Assembly: GCF_000009705.1 (NCBI RefSeq)
Contig: NC_003272.1
Location: 6,120,001 to 6,152,000 of the forward strand
Origin: Nostoc sp. PCC 7120 = FACHB-418
GTDB lineage: Bacteria > Cyanobacteriota > Cyanobacteriia > Cyanobacteriales > Nostocaceae
Direction: 5' to 3'
DNA length: 32,000 bases
The position numbers and the translations under genes are program-made. Shown here one piece after another: positions 9,498 to 17,657 of the stretch. The notes beneath the pieces were generated by a model, which worked only from the letters and a program-made list of their open reading frames with translations, was not told the origin of the DNA and did not search any database. Position 1 is the stretch's first letter, and every line of letters begins with the position of its first letter.

Positions 9498-9941
9498 TTA
9501 TATTTCCCCGATCTCTCGCAAATAAGACGGTCTGGGTATAACTTGCTTAACCAGTGCAGCGTCAGCAGTCCAAAACTCAGCAGATGTCATCTCGGCACAA
9601 GCCAGAAATGCTGCATCATAAAGAGTTAATAACCCGTATTGTTCCGCAATTTCCCAACTTCTGAGGCGAATTGCTTCTTCTTCAATGTAATCAATCGGCA
9701 GTTCGCAAAAGTCCTCAAAAAAGCCTAGTGCTTCCTCTGCGGTGATAACTCCCATGCGCGTTTTTTTCCGTAGCACAGACCCAACTTCTGCCCAAGCAAA
9801 AGCAGGTGCTACTAAACGTATATTTAAGCTCAATGCTTCTGTTACTAGAGTTACAGCTTGAGATTGATAAACTTCTGGGACAAGGTAAGGAATCCAAACG
9901 CTGGTATCTAGGCACAAAACTCTAGTCACGTCTTCCCTCAC
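9498..9941 (-). CDS. PIN-domain ribonuclease toxin, VapC-like
   Basis: The four PIN acidic positions are present: CLDTSVW, AWAEVGS, LYDAAFLA, WTADAAL. It overlaps the 3' end of the upstream small antitoxin-like gene by 20 nt. Confidence 0.8.
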   Translation of the reverse strand: MREDVTRVLCLDTSVWIPYLVPEVYQSQAVTLVTEALSLNIRLVAPAFAWAEVGSVLRKKTRMGVITAEEALGFFEDFCELPIDYIEEEAIRLRSWEIAEQYGLLTLYDAAFLACAEMTSAEFWTADAALVKQVIPRPSYLREIGEI

Positions 9942-10176
9942 CTTCTCTGAGACTACGAATCATCTCTGTAGAACTTGGTTGTATGCCAGTTTTAGCTTTG
10001 ATGGTTTCGCTACGGGCAAGAATTCGTTGATGTGCAGCCCATCCTCTTCTACGCTTGACTTCAGATTCCAATGCTTCAACAACTAAATCATTAAAAGATT
10101 CGTTGCTTCCCTTCAGTTTTCTGGCTTTGGTAAGTAGTTCAGAAGGAAAACGGATGGTTAAAGCTTCACGTTCCAT
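9922..10176 (-). CDS. ribbon-helix-helix type antitoxin (VapB-like)
   Basis: 84 aa starting from the internal ATG at 10176. MEREALTIRFPSELLTKARKLKGSNESFNDLVVEALE shows the beta-strand plus two-helix RHH pattern. It overlaps the PIN gene in an operon arrangement. The track's longer form begins 18 codons further upstream. Confidence 0.65.
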   Translation of the reverse strand: MEREALTIRFPSELLTKARKLKGSNESFNDLVVEALESEVKRRRGWAAHQRILARSETIKAKTGIQPSSTEMIRSLREGEGRRD

Positions 10177-10330
10177 AGAATTTATTGCAACCAAATAATG
10201 ATACCACTTATTGTAACTACGCCATCTCACGAAAAAGTTGCATTTTTTTTTCGGTACGGTTGCAATTTATTACAACAATCTGAGAAAATGAGAAGAATAT
10301 GAAAAACATCTAGTAATAAATCTACTGCCT

Positions 10331-10747
10331 GTGAAACTCGACTCTGCACCTGTTACCCTTGCTGGCTTAAATCCGACTATCAGCCAGCCAGAAATACAAG
10401 AAAGCACTCAAGCCCATCTGGCTACTGCAATTATTGAGCCAGTTGAGGATAGTCATAAAAAGCAGGAACCAGCTTTGGCTGTATTTGCAACTACATTTGT
10501 GACTATTTTTCTGGCAGAAATTGGTGATAAAACCCAGTTATCAACTTTATTAATGAGTGCAGAGTCTCATTTACCTTGGGTAGTTTTTCTCGGTTCGGGA
10601 GCAGCATTAGTTACTACAAGTTTGTTAGGTGTACTACTAGGGAGTTGGGTTTCTAAACGCTTCAGCCCCAAAACTTTGGATAAATCAGCCGGAATCATGT
10701 TGTTGTTCATCTCCCTCACTTTGTTTTGGGATATATTCCACGGATAA
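10331..10747 (+). CDS. UPF0016 (GDT1/TMEM165/Mnx-like) half-size cation transporter subunit
   Basis: It carries the signature E-x-G-D-K-T as FLAEIGDKTQLSTL, followed by two more TM helices. The start is GTG and the exact start is uncertain. Confidence 0.75.
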   Translation: MKLDSAPVTLAGLNPTISQPEIQESTQAHLATAIIEPVEDSHKKQEPALAVFATTFVTIFLAEIGDKTQLSTLLMSAESHLPWVVFLGSGAALVTTSLLGVLLGSWVSKRFSPKTLDKSAGIMLLFISLTLFWDIFHG

Positions 10748-10768
10748 TTATAAATACATACAAATATT

Positions 10769-11071
10769 ATGGATTGGCATCTTTTAGGACTAAGTTTTAT
10801 TACAGTTTTGTTGTCCGAATTAGGCGACAAAAGCCAGTTAGCCGCGATCGCTCTTTCTGGTCGTGGTCAGTCTGTAAAGGCTGTATTTTTTGGCACCGCT
10901 AGCGCACTCTTATTAACTAGTTTATTAGGAGCGTTAGCAGGTGGCGCAGTGTCAGAATTATTACCTACACGAATATTAAAAGCGATCGCTGCTGTAGGAT
11001 TCGCCATTCTCGCTGCCCGGCTGTTGTTTTTTAATAATGAAGAAGCATCAGATTCTGAACAGACACTATAG
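10769..11071 (+). CDS. UPF0016 (GDT1/TMEM165/Mnx-like) half-size cation transporter subunit
   Basis: It carries the signature LLSELGDKSQLAAI within a three-TM, 100-aa protein. It starts 21 nt after the preceding paralogue. Confidence 0.8.
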   Translation: MDWHLLGLSFITVLLSELGDKSQLAAIALSGRGQSVKAVFFGTASALLLTSLLGALAGGAVSELLPTRILKAIAAVGFAILAARLLFFNNEEASDSEQTL

Positions 11072-11145
11072 TTTTTACAATCAAGGGATTTTGGTAACTG
11101 GTAATTGGGAATGGGTAATTGGTAATTGGACTATAGAGTCTGTTT
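11059..11145. repeat. TGGTAAT heptamer array (11093-11130) bracketed by an imperfect inverted repeat, between convergent genes
   Basis: The array reads tggtaactggtaattgggaatgggtaattggtaattgg. It is flanked by aacagacactatagt and actatagagtctgtt, which are complementary apart from 2 mismatches. It may act as a bidirectional terminator. Confidence 0.5.
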
Positions 11146-11151
11146 ATGTCG

Positions 11152-12390
11152 TTAAATTGGTAGTTGTAAAACCAATACATCTTTTCCTGATGAAATGAAT
11201 GTTTCACCTAGTGGTAAAACAGCTAAAGCATTAGTTTGAGCTAGATTAATCAAATTACCGGAACTATGGCTACCACCAGCTTTGTGAAACTCGTATAATC
11301 CATCAACTAGATGCAGACTTCCCCAAATATAAGTTTCACGCTTACCGTCTGAGTGTAACTCATCATGCGATCGCACTTTTACAAATACTGGTTCCCAACC
11401 TTTAGCTAATCCCCCTAATTTCCGAATTACTGGCTGCACAAATCGCCAAAATGTTACCAAAACAGCCGCAGGGTTTCCTGGTAAACCCAAATAAATGGGG
11501 GCTGGGGGTGTAGGGAAGGTGGCGACAGTGAGGGGTTTTCCTGGGCGCATTTCTACAGAACGGATGTGAATTTTAGCCCCTAAGGAAGCTAGAATTTGGT
11601 CAACGTAATCATAATCACCAACGGAAACGCCACCGGAAGAAATGACTATATCGGCGTTAGCTATGGCTTTGCTGATTGTTTCCCCAAGGGCGGTTGGGTT
11701 GTCTTTGACAATGCCGAATAATATAGGTTCTGCACCATTTTGCTTTACTAAAGCTGCTAGGGCATACTGATTAGAATCAACTATTTGCCCTGGTTGTAAA
11801 GGCTGGTCAAGTGTTACTAATTCATCCCCAGTGGAAAAAATTGCTACACGAGGACGGCGATAAACTTTTACCTGTGGGCATTGAGAAGCGGCTAATATAG
11901 CGATTTCGGCTGCATTTAATTGGGTATTAGCTGGTAATAATTGTGTCCCGGCTTGGTAATAAGCTGCTTTCAGCCTGACAAATTCCCCTGGTTTTGGTGT
12001 TGTGAGGATGAAGACGCGGTTATTCTCTTGGCGTGTCTTCTCTTGCATGACTACAGTATCACCACCACTGGGCATGACTGCGCCAGTAAAGATCCGGGCG
12101 GCTTGTCCTGGTTGTAGGGTAAATTTGGGTTGATAGCCTGCGGGAATTTCTGCAACAACTTCTAGGCTAACTGGCTGTTCGGCGTTGGAGTTGTGTACAT
12201 CTTCATAACGTACCGCATAGCCATCCATCGCTGAATTATCCCAATGAGGAAAATCTAGGGTGCTATTTACAGGTGTGGCCAAAATGCGCCCATTTGCTGC
12301 CCATAAATCGACAATTTCTGTATCTTGTTGACTATCCAGCTTTGGGACTAAATTGAAAATGATATTTGCTGTATCCCTGACTGATGGCAT
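11152..12390 (-). CDS. moeA: molybdopterin molybdenumtransferase MoeA
   Basis: MoeA hallmarks are present: SAMDGYAV, VAIFSTGDELV, SSGGVSVGDYDYV, MRPGKP and GLPGNPAA. I place the start at the ATG at 12390. The track's TTG-initiated 20-aa extension is made of STRR repeat sequence. Confidence 0.9.
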   Translation of the reverse strand: MPSVRDTANIIFNLVPKLDSQQDTEIVDLWAANGRILATPVNSTLDFPHWDNSAMDGYAVRYEDVHNSNAEQPVSLEVVAEIPAGYQPKFTLQPGQAARIFTGAVMPSGGDTVVMQEKTRQENNRVFILTTPKPGEFVRLKAAYYQAGTQLLPANTQLNAAEIAILAASQCPQVKVYRRPRVAIFSTGDELVTLDQPLQPGQIVDSNQYALAALVKQNGAEPILFGIVKDNPTALGETISKAIANADIVISSGGVSVGDYDYVDQILASLGAKIHIRSVEMRPGKPLTVATFPTPPAPIYLGLPGNPAAVLVTFWRFVQPVIRKLGGLAKGWEPVFVKVRSHDELHSDGKRETYIWGSLHLVDGLYEFHKAGGSHSSGNLINLAQTNALAVLPLGETFISSGKDVLVLQLPI

Positions 12391-12430
12391 GGGGGTGTAG
12401 GGGTGTAAGGGTTTAGGGGTGTGAGGGTTT
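12391..12430. repeat. STRR-like G-rich repeat (GGGGTGT/AGGGTTT units) immediately upstream of moeA
   Basis: The sequence reads gggggtgtaggggtgtaagggtttaggggtgtgagggttt. Confidence 0.8.
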
Positions 12431-12510
12431 CTCTTCACTTCACAACTCAATTTATTTTGAATTTTGTAGCGCGTGCGCTTCCCGCAGGGTATGTTGAATT
12501 TTGAATTGAC

Positions 12511-14676
12511 TTACGCTACTTGAAAACTAAAGTTGAGACTTGCCCAATTATTTACATCTAATACAAAATAATCTGTAGCTGTGGTGGTTGTTTCTGTTTT
12601 GACTGCACTGCCGTTATGTAAATCCTGTAGTAGGGCTTGTCCCACTTCTAAAGGATTGACTAATGTAGCAATCGGTTGTTGGTCGGCTGTGGAATATTTG
12701 GCATTATCTAAGATTTCTAGGGTGGAGTTAAAGGGTGCGGTGCCGAAAATTAATTGGTGTTCGCATTCGTAAGCGGGGCTGGAAGTTACCCAGCCTGATG
12801 TTGCTTTTGTTTGCGGTAGAGTGACTGTTTCGTTTGGGGCAATAACTACTTGTTGCAGTTGGGGCTGATTTTCCGGATTGTTGGTTTCTTGGCGGCTTTG
12901 CCAGGGATAAAAAGCGATCGCACTACGGTTATTCTTTAATCCCAACAGCATAAAATATATTGGGCGATCGCCTAAGTTTTGGATGCGGTATTGTATCCGA
13001 CTACCAATAGGGATGATGGGAGTGGGGAGTGGGGAGTTGGGAGTGGGGAGTGATTTTTTTGTGGGGGTGTCAGTAGTGGTTGTCCTTGTGGTTTCTCTTT
13101 GCATTACTGCCTGTGACGATATGCTATTGACAACCTCTAAATTTACCTTAACGGGCAACCGGGAAGACCCTTGATTTTCTGTCAGCCTCCATAACTTAGC
13201 TGCCAGAAGAGTGGATAATTTTGATGATAATCGCTGGGCTGCTACTTTCACAGCTTCCCCAACTCCCCCATCTGTATTGGGAATTAGTTCACCATCCAAT
13301 GTAAACAGACCGTAACGGCTGGGAGTTTGTGGGAGTTTCCCAAATAAGTAATCGGCTGGTTGTTCTCCTGCAACTACAGTGGAAATGTGACCAACACTAG
13401 CAAAGGCGCTGGTAGCATCTACTCGCTCAATTCTTTCCAGTTTAGTATCTAGGGCTAATATCAAATTAATGTTTCGGGATAATACCCGCACATTTTCTTG
13501 AATCAGTTGTCCGACTTGTAGGGGAATTGTCTCTGTAACTTTAGAGAATTGGGCTTTAGCTATTAATCCTGTGCGCGATGGGCTACGCCCCGCCATAAGC
13601 GATCGCAATACTAACTCCTCTCCTGTTGCTAGAGTAAATCTAGAATTAGTACCGTAATTTTCTAAAACTTGTGCAGGTAATCCATCTAGCCATACTTGGG
13701 CTGTCTTTCCATCTTCTTCTATAGCCAGAATCGCCCCTTCTGCACCAGTGCGGCTGTCTAATAGTAAATTTTCAACAGTCGCTACTCCTTGTTGATTCTT
13801 CTTCGTTAATAACCCTGGCTGCTGTTTACTTCCCAATTGGTGGATAGAACTTGCCGCATGGGAGAGGCTGACTCTAATTGTTGTTGCTGGTGTTGATTCC
13901 CAAAGTTGTCGTGTTAAAGCATAAGTGAATAAACCTGCACTAAACCCAGACATTAATATTTCCCTAGCCGACTGCTGGGGGTCTGATGTAGCGGATAGAA
14001 TAACAGGCGGGCTAAATTCAGGGTTTTGGTTTTTGATTTGTTGGCGGAAATCGATTTCTGCTGCTGCTAAACGCGTTCCAGGTGACTCTGGGCGGGCGCG
14101 GATTTTTAAACCTGCTGGCTGGTTGATGCCAGTAAAAGTGTAGCTAGTATCCAGAACTGCTATGGCATGATCTGTAGGAAGCGATCGCAACAACAATAAT
14201 AATGTATCTTCTAATAAATAATTAGCTATCTGAGAATCCTGTGCTTCTTGATTTTCATCAGTTGTCACTAAAGCGTTTTGTAGCGTACCCGATTCTACTG
14301 GTAACTGAGTACCGTAGCCGCTAAAGTGAAAAACTACCACATCGCCAGGTTTAGCTTGCTTGGTGAGGTGATCTAAAAAAGCTGCTTCAATAAATTCTCT
14401 ACTTGCTTGTTCCTCTGTTAACGTCAAAATATCAGTAGCTTGAAAGCCAAACCGATGCACTAAAAGTTCTTTTTGCAATTCCACATCGGTCAGACAACCA
14501 CTCAGTGAAGAACTTTTCCGATATTGATTGATCCCGATTAATAATGCTAATTTTCGTGGTGTAGGTTGTGCTAAGGCTTGATAATAGTGATTATTCATCG
14601 CCAACCACTCAGTTTCAGCTACACCCAACACCGCCAGTATTGAGCCAATCCGTTGTACAAAAGTCCGACGTTTCAT
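12511..14676 (-). CDS. caspase-family (peptidase C14) pseudo-orthocaspase with a Tat-type signal peptide and a long C-terminal extension
   Basis: The N-terminus MKRRTFVQRIGSILAVLGVA has a twin-arginine motif. The p20-like domain shows KLALLIGINQY...VVVFHFSGYGTQ...IAVLDTSYTF. Tyr replaces the catalytic His (SGHG becomes SGYG) and Ser replaces the catalytic Cys. Confidence 0.85.
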   Translation of the reverse strand: MKRRTFVQRIGSILAVLGVAETEWLAMNNHYYQALAQPTPRKLALLIGINQYRKSSSLSGCLTDVELQKELLVHRFGFQATDILTLTEEQASREFIEAAFLDHLTKQAKPGDVVVFHFSGYGTQLPVESGTLQNALVTTDENQEAQDSQIANYLLEDTLLLLLRSLPTDHAIAVLDTSYTFTGINQPAGLKIRARPESPGTRLAAAEIDFRQQIKNQNPEFSPPVILSATSDPQQSAREILMSGFSAGLFTYALTRQLWESTPATTIRVSLSHAASSIHQLGSKQQPGLLTKKNQQGVATVENLLLDSRTGAEGAILAIEEDGKTAQVWLDGLPAQVLENYGTNSRFTLATGEELVLRSLMAGRSPSRTGLIAKAQFSKVTETIPLQVGQLIQENVRVLSRNINLILALDTKLERIERVDATSAFASVGHISTVVAGEQPADYLFGKLPQTPSRYGLFTLDGELIPNTDGGVGEAVKVAAQRLSSKLSTLLAAKLWRLTENQGSSRLPVKVNLEVVNSISSQAVMQRETTRTTTTDTPTKKSLPTPNSPLPTPIIPIGSRIQYRIQNLGDRPIYFMLLGLKNNRSAIAFYPWQSRQETNNPENQPQLQQVVIAPNETVTLPQTKATSGWVTSSPAYECEHQLIFGTAPFNSTLEILDNAKYSTADQQPIATLVNPLEVGQALLQDLHNGSAVKTETTTTATDYFVLDVNNWASLNFSFQVA

Positions 14677-14740
14677 AAAAACAATCAGTCCTCAGCTCGT
14701 CAGCTAACAGCTTATAGGGCTGAGGACTGGAGTGTAAAGA

Positions 14741-14818
14741 CAGTTGACGGTTGATAGTTGACGGTTGACAGTTGACAGTTGTTATCCCCCAGTCCCCAAT
14801 CCCCAGTCCCCAATCCCT
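14741..14818. repeat. two adjacent STRR heptamer arrays (CAGTTGA/CGGTTGA x6, then CCCCAGT/CCCCAAT x4.5)
   Basis: The arrays read cagttgacggttgatagttgacggttgacagttgacagttg and ccccagtccccaatccccagtccccaatccc. The second matches the classic STRR1 unit CCCCA(A/G)T. Confidence 0.9.
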
Positions 14819-14823
14819 AATTT

Positions 14824-16008
14824 CTACGCTAATACCTGTACTCGCATAGCCCGCGCCAATTCGGCTGCTACTTCAGGACGAGAAAATTCTGGTGGGGGTA
14901 ATTCACCGCGACGCAGCATTTCTCTAACTTTAGTTCCCGATAGGTGAACCCGTTCTTCTGGTCTGCTGGGGCTGGTTTTGGTAGTCGCCATTTGTTTGGT
15001 GCGGGTGCAGTAGAAGGCGTGTTCAAACTTCATGGGTACAATGCCTAACTCACCAGGCTCAAACTCATCGAAGATATATTGAGCATCATAGGTTCCGTAG
15101 TAGTCACCGACTCCCGCGTGATCTCGTCCGACGATGAAGTGGGTGCAGCCGTAGTTTTTGCGAACTAAAGCATGGAAAATTGCTTCGCGGGGGCCAGCGT
15201 AACGCATGGCGGCAGGATTAATTGCCAATATCACCCTATCTTCGGGGTAATAGTGTTCTAGCAAAATTTCATAACAACGCATCCGCACATCAGCTGCAAT
15301 ATCATCTTCTTTGGTTGCGCCTACCAAGGGATGTAAAAATAAACCGTCCACGGTTTCTAAGGCACACTTTTGAATATATTCATGGGCGCGGTGAATGGGA
15401 TTACGAGTTTGAAAGCCGACTATGGTCTTCCAACCCTTGTCTCTAAACATTTGCCGTGAAGCAACTGGGTCAATTTGATAATCAGGGAATAGAGGATGAG
15501 AACTGCGTTCCAGTAGCCATATATCACCTGCCAGATTCACAGCGCCTTGATTATAAAGCACTTGTACCCCTGGGTGCTTGGCATCATCTGTGCGGTAGAC
15601 GTTGATGGCTTCACGGGTTTTATCGTAGCGATACTTTTGCGTGAGTTGCAAAACCCCAATGTAGTCACCTGCGGGATTATCCAGACGAATTAGGCTACCT
15701 TCCTGTAAAGAAGACGCTACTTCTTCACTGACCGATAATGTAATTGGTATCGACCATGCAAGACCGTTAGCCAAGCGCATTTCCGAAACCACGCGATCGT
15801 AGTCTTCTTGGTTCATAAACCCTGTGAGTGGGCTAAAACCACCGATCGCAATCATTTCTAAATCAGAAACTGCCCGTTCGTCAAGTTGTACACGGGGCAG
15901 AAACTCAGCTTTGGAAACAAACTCTTCTCTTTGTGCTGGTGTGGCTACGCGATTAACCAACTGTCCACCGTGCGCGGCAATGGCATCTGGATGCTGACTC
16001 AACTTCAA
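14824..16008 (-). CDS. sat: sulfate adenylyltransferase (ATP sulfurylase)
   Basis: 394 aa with the ATP sulfurylase motifs [12 protein letters not shown] and [10 protein letters not shown], plus an N-terminal PUA-like region. Confidence 0.95.
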   Translation of the reverse strand: MKLSQHPDAIAAHGGQLVNRVATPAQREEFVSKAEFLPRVQLDERAVSDLEMIAIGGFSPLTGFMNQEDYDRVVSEMRLANGLAWSIPITLSVSEEVASSLQEGSLIRLDNPAGDYIGVLQLTQKYRYDKTREAINVYRTDDAKHPGVQVLYNQGAVNLAGDIWLLERSSHPLFPDYQIDPVASRQMFRDKGWKTIVGFQTRNPIHRAHEYIQKCALETVDGLFLHPLVGATKEDDIAADVRMRCYEILLEHYYPEDRVILAINPAAMRYAGPREAIFHALVRKNYGCTHFIVGRDHAGVGDYYGTYDAQYIFDEFEPGELGIVPMKFEHAFYCTRTKQMATTKTSPSRPEERVHLSGTKVREMLRRGELPPPEFSRPEVAAELARAMRVQVLA

Positions 16009-16425
16009 TCCCCTCTTAGCGATAACTACAATTGTTGCAAACTATGTACTAACTTATCAAAATGCTGGTACAGAGAAAAAAAAGTTTGGCTTCTTGGGAA
16101 ATGACAGCGTGTTTTCCAACGCGAATTGTAGTTTGAGTTTCTTTCCTGAAAGCAACCCACACAAAATCAGGTTTTTAACTCTAACTGAACCGTATTGTGC
16201 TGTGATTAGGAATTTTTGTATGTATTTTTCAGGAGTCTTACTGTTTTATTCATGGAAGAAAGTTTGTTACACCTAGAAATCTACTGTGTATGATTTTGTT
16301 AAAACAGTAAGTTGTACGTAATTTATCTACTATAAATAATTATTAAATCAGCATTATTCTACCTTAATTTTTTCGTGACTTATATTTACTCATTCCTGAG
16401 ATTCATTCTGGACAACCGAGAATAA

Positions 16426-16564
16426 AAGTTTGCATTAATTACAAATGAATTAACTATTGCTTTTCAACTATTGTGTTAATCAAGCAACGAGTTGAGCAAA
16501 CAAAACAGGTAATCAACTCAGAGCTTCCAGTCAATTTAAATTGTTAACTACGAGGTTGTCAGTT
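16426..16564 (+). promoter_or_regulatory. conserved upstream module U1 (promoter/5' leader) of the GG-peptide array
   Basis: It shares AAGTTTGCAT..AAATGAATTAACTA..CTATTGTnTTAATCAAGC with 18914-19040 and, more loosely, with 19620-19760. It contains the stem GAGTTGA (16489-95) / TCAACTC (16513-19) and the SD GAGG at 16552-16555. Confidence 0.6.
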
Positions 16565-16807
16565 ATGTCTCACGAATTGTTTATGAACTTATCCGATGAA
16601 CAACAAGCAGTTGTTAAAGGTGGATATGGTACTGATTTTCAAGTCGATTTCACCTTTTATGAAGCAAAGCAGAATGTATTGAATGGTACTACAAGTTCTG
16701 GCCCTAATGGTAGTACTGCTGCTTCTAATGGTACCTCCACCGAGGTTAAGACTGCTGGTCTAGCTTTCTTAGCTTTGGGTGCAGAAGATATTTTAAGTAT
16801 TGCGTAA
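16565..16807 (+). CDS. double-glycine leader peptide precursor, family A copy 1 (bacteriocin/pheromone-like)
   Basis: The leader is MSHELFMNLSDEQQAVVKGG and the core is YGTDFQVDFTFYEAKQNVLNGTTSSGPNGSTAASNGTSTEVKTAGLAFLALGAEDILSIA. The SD GAGG lies 9 nt upstream. The locus carries a C39 ABC exporter. Confidence 0.8.
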   Translation: MSHELFMNLSDEQQAVVKGGYGTDFQVDFTFYEAKQNVLNGTTSSGPNGSTAASNGTSTEVKTAGLAFLALGAEDILSIA

Positions 16808-16850
16808 TCCAGCGATTAAGTTGATTCACAACATCAACTAATCAATCAAT

Positions 16851-16928
16851 ACGTGAGTTGGATGAAATTTGTACAGCCAAGAAGGAATTAGCATATTTTA
16901 TGTGCTTAATTCCTTCTGGAACTCACGT
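16851..16928 (+). other. nested hairpin in array spacer 1 (outer stem ACGTGAGTT/AACTCACGT, inner stem GAAGGAATTA/TAATTCCTTC)
   Basis: The outer stem pairs 16851-59 with 16920-28 and the inner stem pairs 16881-90 with 16907-16. A smaller GTTGAT/ATCAAC hairpin sits at 16820-16838, just after the stop codon. Confidence 0.6.
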
Positions 16929-16974
16929 TACTAATAAGCAAACTAGGTTCATTAAAACTACGAGGTTGTCAGTT

Positions 16975-17211
16975 ATGTCTCACGAATTGTTTATTAACTT
17001 ATCCGACGAACAGCAAGCATTTGTAGCTGGTGGTATTGATTTCCAACTTGATGCTACTTTTTATAAGGCGCAGCAAAATGTATTAAATGGTAGTACAAGT
17101 TCTGGCCCTAATGGTAGTACTGCTGCTTCTAATGGTACCTCCACCGAGGTTAAGACTGCTGGTATAGCCTTCCTAGCTTTAGGTGCAGATGAACTTTTAA
17201 GCATTGCTTAA
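16975..17211 (+). CDS. double-glycine leader peptide precursor, family A copy 2
   Basis: The leader is MSHELFINLSDEQQAFVAGG and the core is IDFQLDATFYKAQQNVLNGSTSSGPNGSTAASNGTSTEVKTAGIAFLALGADELLSIA. I use the internal ATG at 16975, which aligns with copy 1, rather than the track's start at 16858. Confidence 0.8.
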   Translation: MSHELFINLSDEQQAFVAGGIDFQLDATFYKAQQNVLNGSTSSGPNGSTAASNGTSTEVKTAGIAFLALGADELLSIA

Positions 17212-17256
17212 TCCAGTGATGACGTTGAGCTACTACATCAACTAATCAACTAGCAA

Positions 17257-17330
17257 GTGAGTTTGATGGCATCTGCATAGTCATGAAGGAATTAGTTGAT
17301 CTTATTTTTCTAATTCCTTCTGGAACTCAC
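17257..17330 (+). other. nested hairpin in array spacer 2 (outer stem GTGAGTT/AACTCAC, inner perfect 11-bp stem GAAGGAATTAG/CTAATTCCTTC)
   Basis: The outer stem pairs 17257-63 with 17324-30 and the inner stem pairs 17285-95 with 17310-20. A GTTGA/TCAAC hairpin sits at 17224-17242. Confidence 0.6.
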
Positions 17331-17378
17331 GTTACTCATAAGCAAACTAAGTTCATTAAAACTACGAGGTTGTCAGTT

Positions 17379-17615
17379 ATGTCTCACGAATTGTTTATTA
17401 ACTTATCCGACGAACAGCAAGCATTTGTAGCTGGTGGTATTGATTTCCAACTTGATGCTACTTTTTATAAGGCGCAGCAAAATGTATTAAATGGTAGTAC
17501 AAGTTCTGGCCCTGGCGGAAGCACTGCTGCTTCTAATGGTACCTCCACCGAGGTTGAGACTGCTGGTATAGCCTTCCTAGCTTTGGGTGCAGACGAAGTT
17601 TTAAGCATTGCTTAA
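17379..17615 (+). CDS. double-glycine leader peptide precursor, family A copy 3
   Basis: The leader is identical to copy 2. The core differs at three residues (N->G, K->E, L->V). I use the ATG at 17379 rather than the track's start at 17283. Confidence 0.8.
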   Translation: MSHELFINLSDEQQAFVAGGIDFQLDATFYKAQQNVLNGSTSSGPGGSTAASNGTSTEVETAGIAFLALGADEVLSIA

Positions 17616-17657
17616 TCCAGTGATGACGTTGAGCTACAACATCAACTAATCAACTAA

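Noticed and set aside
7241-10230. Is the TA islet a mobile element or prophage remnant?
   Set aside because: I found no integrase, transposase, tRNA attachment site or flanking direct or inverted repeats. Only the composition and the gene content suggest accessory origin, so I do not call it a mobile element.
12391-12450. A TTG-initiated 20-aa N-terminal extension of moeA (MSCEVKRNPHTPKPLHPYTP).
   Set aside because: The extension is encoded entirely by the STRR repeat. The ATG at 12390 gives an N-terminus that goes straight into the MoeA fold.
16858-17378. Long N-terminal extensions of the track ORFs 16858..17211 (117 aa) and 17283..17615 (110 aa).
   Set aside because: The extensions run through the conserved nested spacer hairpins. 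They are not conserved with copy 1, and they ignore the conserved SD plus ATG context (acgaggttgtcagttATG) shared by copies 1-3. The internal ATGs at 16975 and 17379 are the credible starts.
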